Source: Spongospora subterranea f. sp. subterranea (Eukaryota). Taken from it: 64,000 nt of DNA. The stretch lies in NCBI GenBank assembly GCA_049724395.1, contig JAUGWO010000059.1:124001-188000 (forward strand). The letters are read 5' to 3'. A model generated the notes under the pieces. It saw nothing but the letters and a program-made list of their open reading frames with translations. It ran no database searches and was not told where the DNA came from. Positions 12,880-25,235 of this stretch are shown piece after piece. Every line of letters starts with the position of its first letter. The stretch's first letter is position 1. Made by a program: the position numbers and the translations under genes.

Positions 12880-13554
12880 ATGGATAATCGTTCGTCGTGG
12901 TCCTCCGTGTTCGGAGCACAGATAACGTCGGGGGCAGCTGGGAAAGGCTGCCCCAGCACTTATGAGAGGGGCAGGGGTAAAGGTAGAGGACGTGGACGTG
13001 GGAGGGGACGCCAGAACCATTTCGGCGCGGGACGTCATGATCCGGATCGGGATCTTGGAGTAATGTCGCGAGCGGCTCAGCTGGCCGCCATGCCAACAAA
13101 TACACCGGAAGAAATCGAGGCGTACAGGAGGGCAAGGGCGCTGGCTTTTCCTGTTAAGTCTGCCAGGGATATTTTGCCGCCAGCCCCAACACTTGAAAAT
13201 GTGACCGAACCTGCTGTTGTGAACAACAAAACAGAGGAAGAAGCGAGCGTTATTCCGATCAAACAGGTGCAGCAGAGTTGCAGGTCATATCTCCGAGGTA
13301 ATTGTCGTCGTGGGCGGTCGTGTTTTCATCGCCATGACCCAGATGAGCGGGCATCCTTCATGTTGAGAGAAGAGGAGACGCCCGTTTACTACGGAAAATT
13401 GAGGGTACCTAGACCGGCATCGTCATTGGTTCGTCATCTTCTTGAACCTGATATCCGCCGACAACACGAACTGATCCTCGATTGCATCTCCTTTATTGCA
13501 AATAATAACTATCTTCAACCCATCGACTCGAGCAGCAGTCTCAATGTAATATAA
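12880..13554 (+). CDS. NUFIP1/Rsa1-like protein with RG repeats and CCCH zinc finger
   Basis: NTPEEIEAYRRARALAFP (NUFIP1/PEP motif), CRSYLRGNCRRGRSCFHRH (CCCH), C-terminal LVRHLLEPDIRRQHELILDCISFIANNNYL. Confidence 0.75.
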   Translation: MDNRSSWSSVFGAQITSGAAGKGCPSTYERGRGKGRGRGRGRGRQNHFGAGRHDPDRDLGVMSRAAQLAAMPTNTPEEIEAYRRARALAFPVKSARDILPPAPTLENVTEPAVVNNKTEEEASVIPIKQVQQSCRSYLRGNCRRGRSCFHRHDPDERASFMLREEETPVYYGKLRVPRPASSLVRHLLEPDIRRQHELILDCISFIANNNYLQPIDSSSSLNVI

Positions 13555-13685
13555 CTATTAACCACATTCGAGAGTAGCTAGTCAGTAACCTTTGTGAGTT
13601 TCGAACAACTCTTTATTTCAAACAATGGGGTTTCTATTGTTTCTTCTGTTCCTGTGAACCAATGCGTCCCAGGTCGTTGCCGGAT

Positions 13686-14747
13686 TTATTGGTGTGCTAT
13701 TCTAGAAACATTGCCATCCCAAGCGGCCAACCTCATCTGGTATGCATGAACTCCATGATCTCCATCATCTGTAGATAACATCAGCCTTTTGCATCCTCTC
13801 CAATACTGGTCATAGGCCCTATCTTCGCGCAGATGGACAATCTGGCCTTGACCCTTATATGAAGGCGCAAACACCTGTCGCCTCATCAGATCGTAAACGG
13901 GATCGCGATTGTTCACCACTCTAAATGAGTTTTTGATGAGCTTCTTAGCCGAACGGCGATAGCGACCGTTGGCAAATCGGGTGGCTCCGAACGTCACTAG
14001 CTGCAACCGGTCCCCGATAATCAAGCTAGTTTGCGTGAACATGGCATGAAGGGCGGCAACAGCACCTCCGACACCGAAACCGGTCATCGTCACGATCCCG
14101 CTCGGGTTCTCCTTCACAAACGTTTGCACAAATGGAATGAGTTCCTCGTATACGGATTGCCAAAGCCTCAAGGTTCCCTTATGGACTGCCGTTTTACTGG
14201 ATATTCCCGTCGCTTCAACAAACCTAACCCTTCCATATCAGTAACCTCCAAATCCTGACAGAGATCGGTTTTACCTGGCACTTTTGCATCCTTGTTGAGC
14301 AAACTTTCTCGCATCAACGTCCACGTTAAATACGATTGCGAGTTCTCGTTGCTGAGCAGCGACAAAAACCGTTTTCTGTGTCGTATCGGGCGAAACTGTG
14401 GTGAGTGCCGTTTCCGTTCCTAGCTCGAACACGACCGCCGTCGTTTCCGAGCAATTGACGGACTTGATCAGCTGAATGTGCCGTCCGAACGCCATTTCGC
14501 CGCTGTCAATCGCAGCCGTCATCTCAGCGTCGGATCGCCGTTCGCTGGATAGCGCGATGAGCTTCAGAAGATCTTGCAGAACCAGTTTGGACGGGATGTT
14601 TAAGATCTTTCTAATAACCGGGATATTGGCCTGCCCTTGGGGCGAATCAGATTCGCAACAACAGATACAGCAAACGGCGCAACATGTGCAAGTTTGAACG
14701 CAGCAAGAGCAGGCGTCAGAAATGCAGGATCGGCAGCCGAATTTCAT
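13686..14747 (-). CDS. Class-3 lipase-fold protein lacking the catalytic Ser, Cys-rich N-terminus; one intron (~14225-14274)
   Basis: Spliced reading gives VHKGTLRLW, IVTMTGFGVGGAVAAL (normally GHSLGG), LVTFGATRFAN, FRVVNNRDPV and DHGVHAY. Confidence 0.75.
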
Positions 14748-14904
14748 TGCTGGCGGTTCGGTAAAAGGAACGAGAGTTTTACCTATATGCACTACCAAGC
14801 CAGGATTTTCAGCAAGACGGGATCGGAAGTAAATTCTCGCCCCAGCAGTGACTCAACTCTGGTGAGTTCTCGCCGCCGTGACCGAGCGCTGTTAACTATA
14901 TAAT

Positions 14905-15726
14905 TTATTGCAGAACACAGCAGCTCTTCGGCAGAGCTTTACTCTGCTTATAAAACTGTTTGGACCTGGACGAGAGGTCCTCCGATTTCTGCACCATCTG
15001 GTCGATATCATCGCCTCGTCCGAGAGTCTGCTCGATGTTCTTGTGCATGATCTTCTTGACAGCGTCGATCTCTTTCAGCGCTTGCCCAATCTTGTCGGTG
15101 CTTTCGGGATTCTGGAACCTAAACATTCAATGAACAAAAACACGCCATGGCATTGGTTTGCTCCCCATCCTAACTTCGCCAGAGCGTCTTTCAGAAACGG
15201 AACATTGTACGAATGATCCACCGTATCGCTCTTCCAATCTAATCGTTGACCAATTCAGAAATTCTGATGGTTGAGAATTCAACGAACGCTAACCGGGGAC
15301 ACACTTTTCGAACTCCACAATCATCATCTGGACGAGACTGTGCGCCTTCCGATCGGGATACTCCGAATCGGTGATGACGAATCCTGCTAGGCCATTGCCT
15401 TTGAGATAGTAATGGGCGGAATGCCCTGGTTGATGTTAGTCGGTTTTTTCGTACTGGCTCCATGTTCCCATAAAGTACCTTGGTCGTCAAGACTGCAGTA
15501 TTTGCCAAATTCAGCTTTTTTCGCTGAAGTTCTGGCCAGAAAAGTCGAGAATTCCTTGTAGCTGTCGTAAATTCAGAAACAAGGAACGAAACGCAGAAGG
15601 GAGAGTGTGAACAGACCTATTTCGTTGAAAGAACGGCAAGGAAGACAGTTCATGTTCAACGGCTAAAACTATCGGCTGCGACAACGTGGGTGTAGCCGAT
15701 ATCACAAAGAGACTCGTAATCTTCAT
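14905..15726 (-). CDS. YKT6: Longin R-SNARE Ykt6, multi-exon
   Basis: MKITSL...ELSSLPFFQR longin start; FQNPESTDKI...IMHKNIEQTLGRGDDIDQMVQKSEDLS..SKQFYK SNARE; C-terminal CCVLQ prenylation box. Confidence 0.93.
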
Positions 15727-16203
15727 CTGGTCTAGCGATCAGCTAATCGAAGGGCGTATGTTCCCCACGTTTGGACCGGCCTGAAATGTTCCGAACGTTC
15801 AGGACCAGGTTTCCTGGCCAGGATACCGCTTCTGTCGAATTTGCAGTTCAGGTCATTGGACGTCAGTCACTTGACTTCAGTGGTATCGTATAACTGGGGA
15901 CTTGGCACATTCCCTGTCAGGTCGTGGCTGCAGTTCCCAGCTGATCCCACGCGAGAGCGTGGCGCAGTCGAGATCAGGATTTATTGACGATTTAGGCCGG
16001 AGCCGGGGGAATGCTTTCATTGAGTGACCGGCTCAATTGTATCTCCCTGATCAGGTGGGTCCTGAGTAGGCACAAATCCCTGAGTAGGCACAAATCTGCC
16101 ATTAGACCTGGCTCGCTGTTTCGCATAGTTTTGCCGCTTGGGATATCTGTAGACAAGTTTGAGGTCGATGAGTTTGCGGCGAAAGACGAGGATGGGGGAC
16201 GTA

Positions 16204-16810
16204 TTACTTCTTTGGGGTTGACTGACCGTTGACGATCTCCTTTTTCTTCAACTTCCACTTCACAATCCGGTCTTTGTAAAGCGGATCGGGAATGTACTCC
16301 CAGTTGTAGTCGAGTCGGACGTGGGCCGATGGCTGTCGCAAGCTCGCCGGCCTAGTTTCAGTAACCTGTTGAGTGAAGCGATCAACATCGCGCAGAGCCC
16401 GAATAGATTCCGGACGGTCATGGTCATTGACCACTGGAACAGGATCGTCATCATTATTTGCTACTGGGGTTTGTGGCCAGTCGCTACCGAACACAGCGAA
16501 GCTGTATAAACCTTAGTCAGGGTATTGGCCACGACAGGACCATTTTCAATACCAGTCTAGGTCTGGAACATCAAGAAGAAAATCAGGCGCCGGGGGTTGA
16601 GGAGGTGAAATCAGACTATCAAGGTTGTCGTCTATTGAGAGCTCAGGCAATTGTGGCTGACCGAACAGATTGAACAAGCCTGTCATATTGAAGAATCACA
16701 ACCCCCACAACCAAATATCTTCTCCGATGATTTTGTGCGGATCGTTGGGCGATTCGGCCGAGTTCAGCCCGGTCTTTGATAATCACCTCCCGTCATTGCC
16801 AGCCATGAAT
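16204..16810 (-). CDS. Hypothetical multi-exon protein, 5' end uncertain
   Basis: Open exons joined by plausible short GT-AG introns (LFNLFGQPQLPELS...|FAVFGSDWPQ...KWKLKKKE); no family recognised. Confidence 0.4.
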
Positions 16811-18420
16811 GCTCGTCCCGCAATCAGTCCTCCATCTCATCACGCCTTCAGAAAACGCTTCTTGCTCTCCAGATGAGACGTAGCTAGATGTCAGCGATGT
16901 CTCCAAGTACTGCACATGGAACATGGATGCACAGCATTATACATCACCCTTTACTTTTTGTGTAGGTATATCGCCACCCTCTCGATACTCTACATCAATT
17001 AATCACATTCTCTTTCATCTTTACATTATCAAAAGTTTACTTCGTCAAATTGATTATGATGCAGGTCAACACATTGGTTAATCTCTATCAGAGACGGTTT
17101 TTAACGACACTTCACATTCTTCATCTGAACACCAGCGCTCACACACACCACATCCACCCTGTCTGCACACAATTGCAGACATAACCAAAGCCAACAGAAC
17201 GAGAGCGATGGCCCCATATACAATGCAGAGTGGAACAGTGACATCGCATAACAGAGGTCGATTCAGGAGGTGTCGCCCACCTCTCGCAATCCCTCATCAT
17301 ACAATTGAATTGTTCGTGGTTCCCCTGATCCTGGTATCGCCTCTTTTGAATCCGTTTATTCAAAGAGTGTTATTTTTGACAACAGTTTGTGTTAGATTTA
17401 GATGTTGACGGTCTAGTTGTTCAAACACATTTTTATTAAACATCGACAATGATGAAAATACCCCTCCACAAACGTTGATTTGTCAGGGCAAACATGCAAC
17501 AGCACGCCATTTCCGCAATTAGGCTTTACCTCTTCCTTGCGGAATCATTCCAAGAAAATGCAGTACATTGATCTCACATCGCTTGACAGTCGCCCTGGGT
17601 CATGTTGCCTATACATGTGCTATCAACCTCAAAGACCACATGGCCATGATAGTTATTGCTTCTGAGGAATGCTGAAATATTATACACCAACCAATGCTCT
17701 GTCTCTTTCGCCAAGGATGTCGCCTATTCCGAAACTAGATTACGTCAGTACATTCTTTACTGTGATTGATCGACTACCACTTTGAATGACCTGAGTGAGT
17801 TAACAACAGCATACTCCAAAAACACTCCTGATTTATCGATATCAGAAATTTAGGGATCACGATTTCATGTTTGACAGGCTCATGTTTCAGTGCTTTCAGA
17901 GTTGGCACATTAATCGACTTGCAATTTTCGATTTTGATGTCCGATTTTGGTGTGCTTGAAGCCATGTGATGTTATTCCATTTGCGAGATGTAGAAACCAC
18001 GCAGCGCGCCGCATCCGGCATGCAGTTTTCAATTGCACCTGGTGTTCCGTCCTGATTATGCCAGCTGAACATCTGCCGATTTTATTTTATCGAGCGAGGC
18101 ATCCAGTTAGGTCTTTCACCAATGTTGCGAAATCTTTTTGAATAAGGTTGTCTGGGCAACACATCGACTGAGCAGATTTTCCCTGATCAAGACCAGGCTC
18201 CTCATTATCATGTAGGGTAAAACCCGAGAGGAGGCGTCCGATCCTTCAATGGTTCAGGAAGCCTTTTCCGAATGGATCATTGACACAGATTGCATAGCGT
18301 AACTGCAAAACCCTGTAAGTTAGTGATTCGATTGTGTGCAGATATTATTGGAAGATATTGCGATATTCGGTACCCGTGACGGTATGTTTTTTTTCTTTGG
18401 CATAGGACAAGTTCCTTTCC

Positions 18421-20837
18421 ATGATATCAACTGCGACTGTCAAATGGGCAACTTTCCCCATATTATTAGCAATGATAACTCCTGCAATTGGGTTGATCAC
18501 CACAATGGTAGATGGCCCAGTATATTTGTGGCCACAAAGGAATTTCAGTGTTAATCTATACCCCTATGTCACCTCACCAAATCAGATGGCAGTTTCTTTT
18601 ACGATGTGGCTAATGGTTAAAGCTGCTCCAGCAGACGATAGATTGTTATTCTCGGTAACTGACACAAATATGGTTAATGTGCTCGTACCGGGGCTATACC
18701 TCACCAAAGATAATTACATCATGTTATCTGTTAGCACCACTGATGATACCAGCTATGAGACAGTGAAGCTGACAGCTGGTCCAGTTGCGAATGAGTGGAC
18801 TTTTCTCGCAGCGACCATCACAAATAGATCAGCGTCCATTTACATGTCACGCTACGGAGTGTTGTTCTTTCAACAAACTTTGTTTTTTCAAGGATCTCCG
18901 CTGCTAGTAAAGCAGACCGTCCTAACAGTGCCACCTCAGCCAATAGATGGCTACATATCCAATTTCCTCAAATATGATTACCCACTGAGCATCTTTGACG
19001 CAAGCTGGGTGTTAAGAGATACCCCAAACCGTTTTTACTCAACTCCCGACTCAATGTGGTGCCACGCTTTTTGAAGGGAATTATGGAAATATAACCTGTT
19101 TGAGAGCCAATCAAACAATCTCCTCCATCGGTTTTGCCTCGTTCGGATTGCCAACGGGGGTTTTCCCTGATTTTAAAGTCACCCCATCCTGTGATTTATC
19201 GGTGAAGACTGTTATTGAGAGTACTTGTCTTGGTTTGGCAACATGTAGAGTGCTGTCAACCACGCAGAATGGCGATCCATGCAAAGCTAAATCAAAAGTC
19301 CTGAGCGTTGTAGCTACATGTTCTACCGTTCAGCCAACAACAGCTCCAATTTTTACAACGATCCGGTCCAAATCATCAATCTCATTAGGCCCGACAGCAC
19401 CATCAATGCCGCCGTCATCGTCTCCTTCAACATTATCATCACCGTCTGTGTCGTCAACGCCGCCTTCGTCATTGTGGTCATTGTATTGGTCACAGTTATC
19501 GTCGCCAGCATCGTTATCATCCTCTCGATCCTCATCATCTCCTCGTCCTTCATCGTCATCCCCTTCCCCATCTTCGCCATCTCCTTCATCCCCATCTCCC
19601 CGTCCCTCACCTTCTTCTTCGCTCTCTCCGTCCCAACCGTCTCCTTCCTCTTCCTTCTCACCCGCCCCATCTCCTCCATCGCCTTCCCCTTCGTCACCAT
19701 CCCCTTCACCACCATCTCCAACACCATCTTCCCCATCACAATATCAATTATCATCATCACAGTCCCATTCCTCAAAGACTGTACGCGTTACCTCTCCTAG
19801 AGCTAATGATACTAGTGCTATCGTTTCTTACCCCACATCTGACGTGCGCTCATCTAGTGGTATCGTTTCCACAGTCCGAAAAACAGTGTATAGGTCAACA
19901 GTCAAGTCCACTACGTTAATGAGGAAATCCCCTCCAATATCTGCATTAATGTAAACGTGATATATGATCAGATTCGATTCATATTCTAATAGAATTGTTA
20001 TGTAGGCCTGAAACAAACGGTGCTGACAATGTCAGGTTTGGATGGTCCATCAGCGTGCCGCTCAACCATGACATCATGGCCATGTCGCAGGCGCAAGTTA
20101 GGGCGGAATTGCACCTATGCTTTCAGACCTTGTACAGCTCGCTAGGCATTGACACCAGACGTATTGTCGCTCCATCTTTGCAGGCGATCAATCATACAAA
20201 TGCAGTTTTTGAGTTGACAATTTTAACAGGGTCAACTTCTGACTCTTTAAGTGAAGGCTTTAGAGTTGCTCAGGGTTTCACTGACGAAATGCAGAATTCA
20301 AAAAGCACTTTGAGGGAGCGATGCATGTTGATGTATGCTCCTCAACCTCCAGTAGAAATTCCAATCGCCTTTCAAAGGCTAATGCTGTGCAAAGATGGGG
20401 AATATTACGTGATTAGCGATGGCAAGTATTCTACGTCCTGCCATGATGTGGCGATGGCGACAGCAGGCTCATCCACAGCCAACACTACATTCATAGTCAT
20501 AGGGACAGTTATGATATTCCTCTCCGTCCTTGGTTTGGTTAGGATTATCGTTCTACGGCGGCGGCGGAACCAAGAGACGACAATTAGCACAAACCCAGTA
20601 CCAGCCTCCTGCCTGGTTTTCGATTCTTTTCAGAAACCAGCATACCCGAAGCATTCAAGAGTATTTTCAGAGTTTACGCCCGTTGCTGCTGGCAGTTCAC
20701 TGTATACGGATCCTTGGACAATATCCCCAGTTTTTGGAAAAGACGTAACACTTGCCCAAACCGATGAACTGCGTATGCCCAGAAGAGAAAGCTATAGGCT
20801 ACAAACTTTGGCCACAGATTCGGAAGCCGAACTATAA
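18421..20837 (+). CDS. Type-I membrane protein: signal peptide, LamG/ConA-like domain, SUEL-type lectin, Ser/Pro stalk, TM helix; frame break near 19015-19055
   Basis: Hydrophobic N-terminus; SFTMWL...NEWTFLAAT; ISSIGFASFGLPTG...SC...CLG..C...GDPC...KVLSVVATC; (SPS)n stalk; TM FIVIGTVMIFLSVLGLVRIIVL followed by RRRR. Intron ~19951-20005. Confidence 0.75.
19400..19765 (+). repeat. Low-complexity Ser/Pro-coding repeat (mucin/extensin-like stalk)
   Basis: TCx/CCx codon runs encoding SSPSPSSPSP. Confidence 0.9.
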
Positions 20838-21943
20838 TAATGCAATTTACAGAATAAATTAGAAAGTACATAACAGACCAGAGTTATCTCTTGAGAAACG
20901 GTTTTCTTCACGGTTCAACCCTCATTAAATCAAGCAACCGAATGTTGTGTCCTCCCCTCTAACGCAGCCAATTGATAATTACAATGTCTCAACGTTGGTC
21001 CTGGAAACCCACTGGGACCAGAAATTTGGACTATGCTAGAAAAAAAGAGGTACTGTACTCTCGAATCATGAACGTGATTTCTCAATGTTGGGACAGTTCG
21101 CACCCATCAAATTAAAAAATTGAATTGGAATCTTATTTATGAATTGGATGCATACAAAAACGTCCCCAGAAGTAAATCACCGGTTGACGCACGCCCTGAT
21201 GTTGAAAATGATGAACGTGGTAATCAACGATCAATGGTTGGACCATTGGAAATGCTTTGTAAAATATATAGATAATAGTCGCTAAGCGATTTAAAGACCT
21301 TCAAGACTTCAGCGATTGGCTTCAACTGTGAATTGCCGCAAGGATTTTAGAATGTAGCCAAACTTCTATCAGAGGTCAAGAAAGAGATTGTCACGAATTC
21401 TGAGAAAAAATTGTTCAGTGGAAGACAGCTTTATAAGGGAAAAGAAAAGCGCAATCGCTATGCGATGAAAGTTAGCTTAGCGCCATAACCTTTGATGTAT
21501 AGCAACAGCAGTCGGTATGAGCATGGCAAGCCCAAGCGTGCGAAACCAACGCTGAGTCAAGCGTGTTCGAGAGCGCTTGGGCTCACTGAGCTCAGGCCAG
21601 GCTAATTATCGTCATACGGAGCGCGAATGTCAGCGAACGTTTTATTAAGTTTCGTTGACCAGATGATGAGCGCTCGTTGACAGAAACGGGGTTTGACGAC
21701 TGTGCTTACGACTGTGCTTACGTGACCCTGGCTTGACAGTTGACAGGTCGAGTCGCTTGAGACGCACTGACTTACGGCAAATATTATGTTTCAGGCGATG
21801 GCACTCGGCGGTTCTCAGCACGGTTAGCGGTCAGCCCTCTGTCGTCCAAATTCGAGGCCTTTCTCGCTCTACGCATGCCTCCTGGCGCCTGGCCCGTGAC
21901 TCCAGACTCTCCAGATTGATACCTCTTCGTCGGCATCGAGTCG

Positions 21944-22171
21944 ATGGTCGACCCCCGCATTGCGGTTTTTGCAAGGGAGCACGTTGCTACAGGCAAGGAA
22001 ATCCAGTTTGATTACGGAGATCAGTATGTCGTTGACGATTACTGGGAATGCTACTGCGGCTCGCCAAGCTGCCGTCAACGCAATCAGATTCACGTTGACA
22101 AAAGTGTGACGCAGCATTGTGCTGTACTGTCCTTTTTACCGACTAATAAACAGAATAATTATCAGCCCTGA
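21944..22171 (+). pseudogene. SET/post-SET C-terminal fragment
   Basis: RIAVFAREHVATGKEIQFDYG...WECYCGSPSCR (ExxxDY plus post-SET CxCxxxxCR); no NHSC half found upstream. Confidence 0.75.
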
Positions 22172-22359
22172 TCCTTTGGTCCTGGGACTGGGGACCCACC
22201 AGACCCACGCCCCTGATTATAATTGTTTTTACCACCAGCTGTTGCTTGGTCTTGGTTGTTTTTACTGGTGCCGGCATCGTCCGCACCAGCACAGCATTTA
22301 GGTCACATCCGCTCACCCGGAAAGGGCCACAGAGATCTCTACGGTAAAACCTTTTTCGC

Positions 22360-23787
22360 TTGGCGTTTAGTTATCAAGCTCGTTGTAGATGGTTTCCCGT
22401 GCCACAAAAAAAATCACCAAGCTGCTTCCTGTCCAGCCGAACCAATTGCAGATTTAGAGCCCTCCAGCTCTTGGTTCCGCTACGGTTGAATTCGTTAATT
22501 CGGCGATTTAATCAGCTCTTCTTCAGCAGTCCCGCCCAAATATCTGATTTGACGGCGCTGATTTCGTCTTTATTTCCCAATGAAGCGAGTATCAAATTGG
22601 AGGAAAAGACTTCAGAAATGGAGGAGGTGGCCCCTGATACTTCTACTGCTCGCCATCATTCATCCACGATTTGCTACTCTGACATTATGAAAGGCGTTTC
22701 TAAGTTTTCCAAGACGGTTCCTCCATGTGATGCCATCCGCTACATTGGTCATGACCTCAAAGATGAACGTGACGTGTTGATCGTGAGGTATTTCAAATTT
22801 GAACAGTCTGTAGAAATTTTCACCTTTCATTCATCTCGCTGCGATGATGTTGCGCGTGGGGAGCTGTTCGTTCTTTGTTTAGAAGGACAGTCTAAAATCC
22901 GTGCTGTCGAATGTGGACATCGCTCATTTCTGAGTCTTCATGAAGCACTGCTGAATTGCTATCGCAATGCACCTGGAGTTATTTTCTCACTTCGAAAAGC
23001 CATGCGCCATCAGTTTCATAATGCTCGCCAAGGTCGCCAAGAACCTTTGAGTGATTACGTTGATCGATATCACAGTTTATGGAAAAGGGTCTCTTCGTTG
23101 CCTGGTGGATGTGAACTCAATGAAAATTCCGTTACCAAGATATTCGTGGATTCGTTTGCGTTTACTGATGAACAATTCTTTGAAAAGTTGGTTTTGAACA
23201 GTTTCAATGACCAGGAAGAATTGGAACCGAAGTTGCAGAGAGTTCTCGGTTTGGGAGCCAATATTATTTCCTCCCGGGAAACTCTCCGCCTCGCCCGCTC
23301 TCAATGTCTGTCAAATTACCAAGAGCCGATTTACATTCACTTCCTTTTGAGCTCAGATGTAAGAATTAGACAGTGGTACCCAGTCGTCATTTGTACCGAT
23401 GAGCATTGCCAAGAAAGCGCAGAGGCTCGATGATAAGATCGGGATAAGGAATCTCGCAAGGCAATTAAGTTAATATTGCCAGATGAGACAGTGGCGGAAG
23501 CAACACATGAGATGTTGGCTGATCTGACCCTGTATACAGCAACGGGCGAACTGATCATTCGGAACCGGAGATGTTTGCTGTGGGATTCACCATTAGATGA
23601 AATATTGCTAGGTGAAGATTTGTTGAAAGAGCTGGGGATAAATCCTAAGGATGCTCTAGAGTCGCTAATTCTAAAGAAGACATTAGGCGCCAACAATGAG
23701 GATAATATCAGTCATTGGGATTTGTACAACGATGATGGTATTATTATTGGGGAAGATTTCCCAGAAGACAGTCAATGGAAGACATGA
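22360..23787 (+). mobile_element. Decayed LTR-retrotransposon (Ty3/Gypsy-like) gag-protease remnant
   Basis: Intronless ORF with gag-like ARQGRQEPLSDYVDRY, followed by the protease C-terminal motif DEILLGEDLLKELGI; no RT/integrase seen. Confidence 0.65.
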
Positions 23788-23818
23788 TGTCTCGTGCTAT
23801 TGACAACGGATTGCCGAT

Positions 23819-24211
23819 ATGACAATATAAGGTTTTCCATTGGAAGAATCAGGCAATAAGGCACTGTGAATTATTTGTTTGTATTCTCGTTGAAGTTGCT
23901 GATTTTTGTCCATTCATCAGGGGTATAAATATCAGGTAATTTGATTGGCGGTCCTCGGTTGTCCTTTGCGGATTTGATGAGTGTATTCATCGTCGTCAAT
24001 AAAACATGCATTCTTAGGAACTAGTCGGATTGACCAATCTTCACCTTCCACTCCATCCTTGGCTGTTAAGACATTACCAATTGTTTAAATTACCTGATAT
24101 TTATACCCCTGATGAATGGACAAAAATCAGCAACTTCAACGAGAAAACAAACAAGCTAATTCACAGTAGCTTATTGGCTACTTATCCCAATGGAAAACAT
24201 TATATTGTCAT
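23819..24211. repeat. Imperfect inverted repeat (arms 23819-23942 / 24087-24211)
   Basis: TTCTCGTTGAAGTTGCTGATTTTTGTCCATTCATCAGGGGTATAAATATCAGGTAATTT versus its reverse complement starting at 24087; outer parts more diverged. Confidence 0.95.
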
Positions 24212-25235
24212 ACCTCATTCTGAATTCACACCAGAAAGGTCGCATTTATTAAGAATATCGGTGTAAATGCGAATTTGTTTTCAAGTCCTGATGATTTGGA
24301 CGTTAAGGGTGAAGATGTTTTATCAGAGGGTTCAAGTAATATCGAATGAATCATGCGAATAACTCAATTACAAAGGCGTTTCAGAAATTGTTCATTGTAT
24401 CCGAATTCAAATTCCTAGAACAAATAAAAACACAATATCGTTCCTTCCAAACCATATGAATCGCTATATCCAAATTTCTACATCAAAACGAATAAAAACT
24501 TAATTGCTAATGTTTGTTAGTAATAAACTTTCTGTCTTAGTTTAGCAATAATTTAGGTATTGAATAACGACCTATTATCTTCAACAACATTTGAAAATTA
24601 CGAACCTACACAAGATTTAGTTTGCGAAACGGAAACATTTTCAACGCCAACTGTTAGGATAAGGACGGAGGCAAGAGACTAGAGTAGGAAATAGACTAAG
24701 GATGTGTGTATTGGCGACTAACAATACGATCTGATTCCCTTCTGGTAAGTTGTATTCAGGGAATCAGATCGTCTGATGTGGGTCACTGTATAGGTATTAC
24801 CTAGACCGGTTACCGTATTTAGTCTTATTAACACTATTTTGGAGAGTAAAACAAAATGGGCACACCCTAGTATTAGTGTTAATAACACTAATATGGAAAT
24901 AACACTAATACTAGGATGTCATCCTGTCGATGGGTACATGGCGCCATCACAGATACCAATAACGATCATGTGCACGATAGACGAGATCAACACACAATGG
25001 GGTCACTCAAATCAATCACCTCCTCCCTGGTAGTCCCCGGGTTAGTGCTCCTTAGTAATTGTCCAGTGAATGATTCCTGATCACGACAATCGTTGAGCGA
25101 TTAACTCTTGTCAATGACTCACGCCCATCCTCAAACCTGCTCTGTGGTCGACCCCTAAGCTCTGTCCAATCGATGGCGCCCTATTATCCTATCTGGTCGA
25201 CACTAATAACCGCCAGGTCACGTCCACTTGGTCTA

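Noticed and set aside
14168..14365. Apparent frameshifts in the lipase-like gene (likewise DOMON 25710-25766 and PI4K ~46810-46870)
   Set aside because: Explained by short GT-AG introns that restore conserved motifs.
16061..16097. 18-bp tandem duplication CCTGAGTAGGCACAAATC
   Set aside because: Two copies only; simple slippage.
19318..19800. Ile-rich and Met/Lys-rich ORFs (19318-19800 +, 19353-19775 -)
   Set aside because: Shadow frames of the Ser/Pro repeat.
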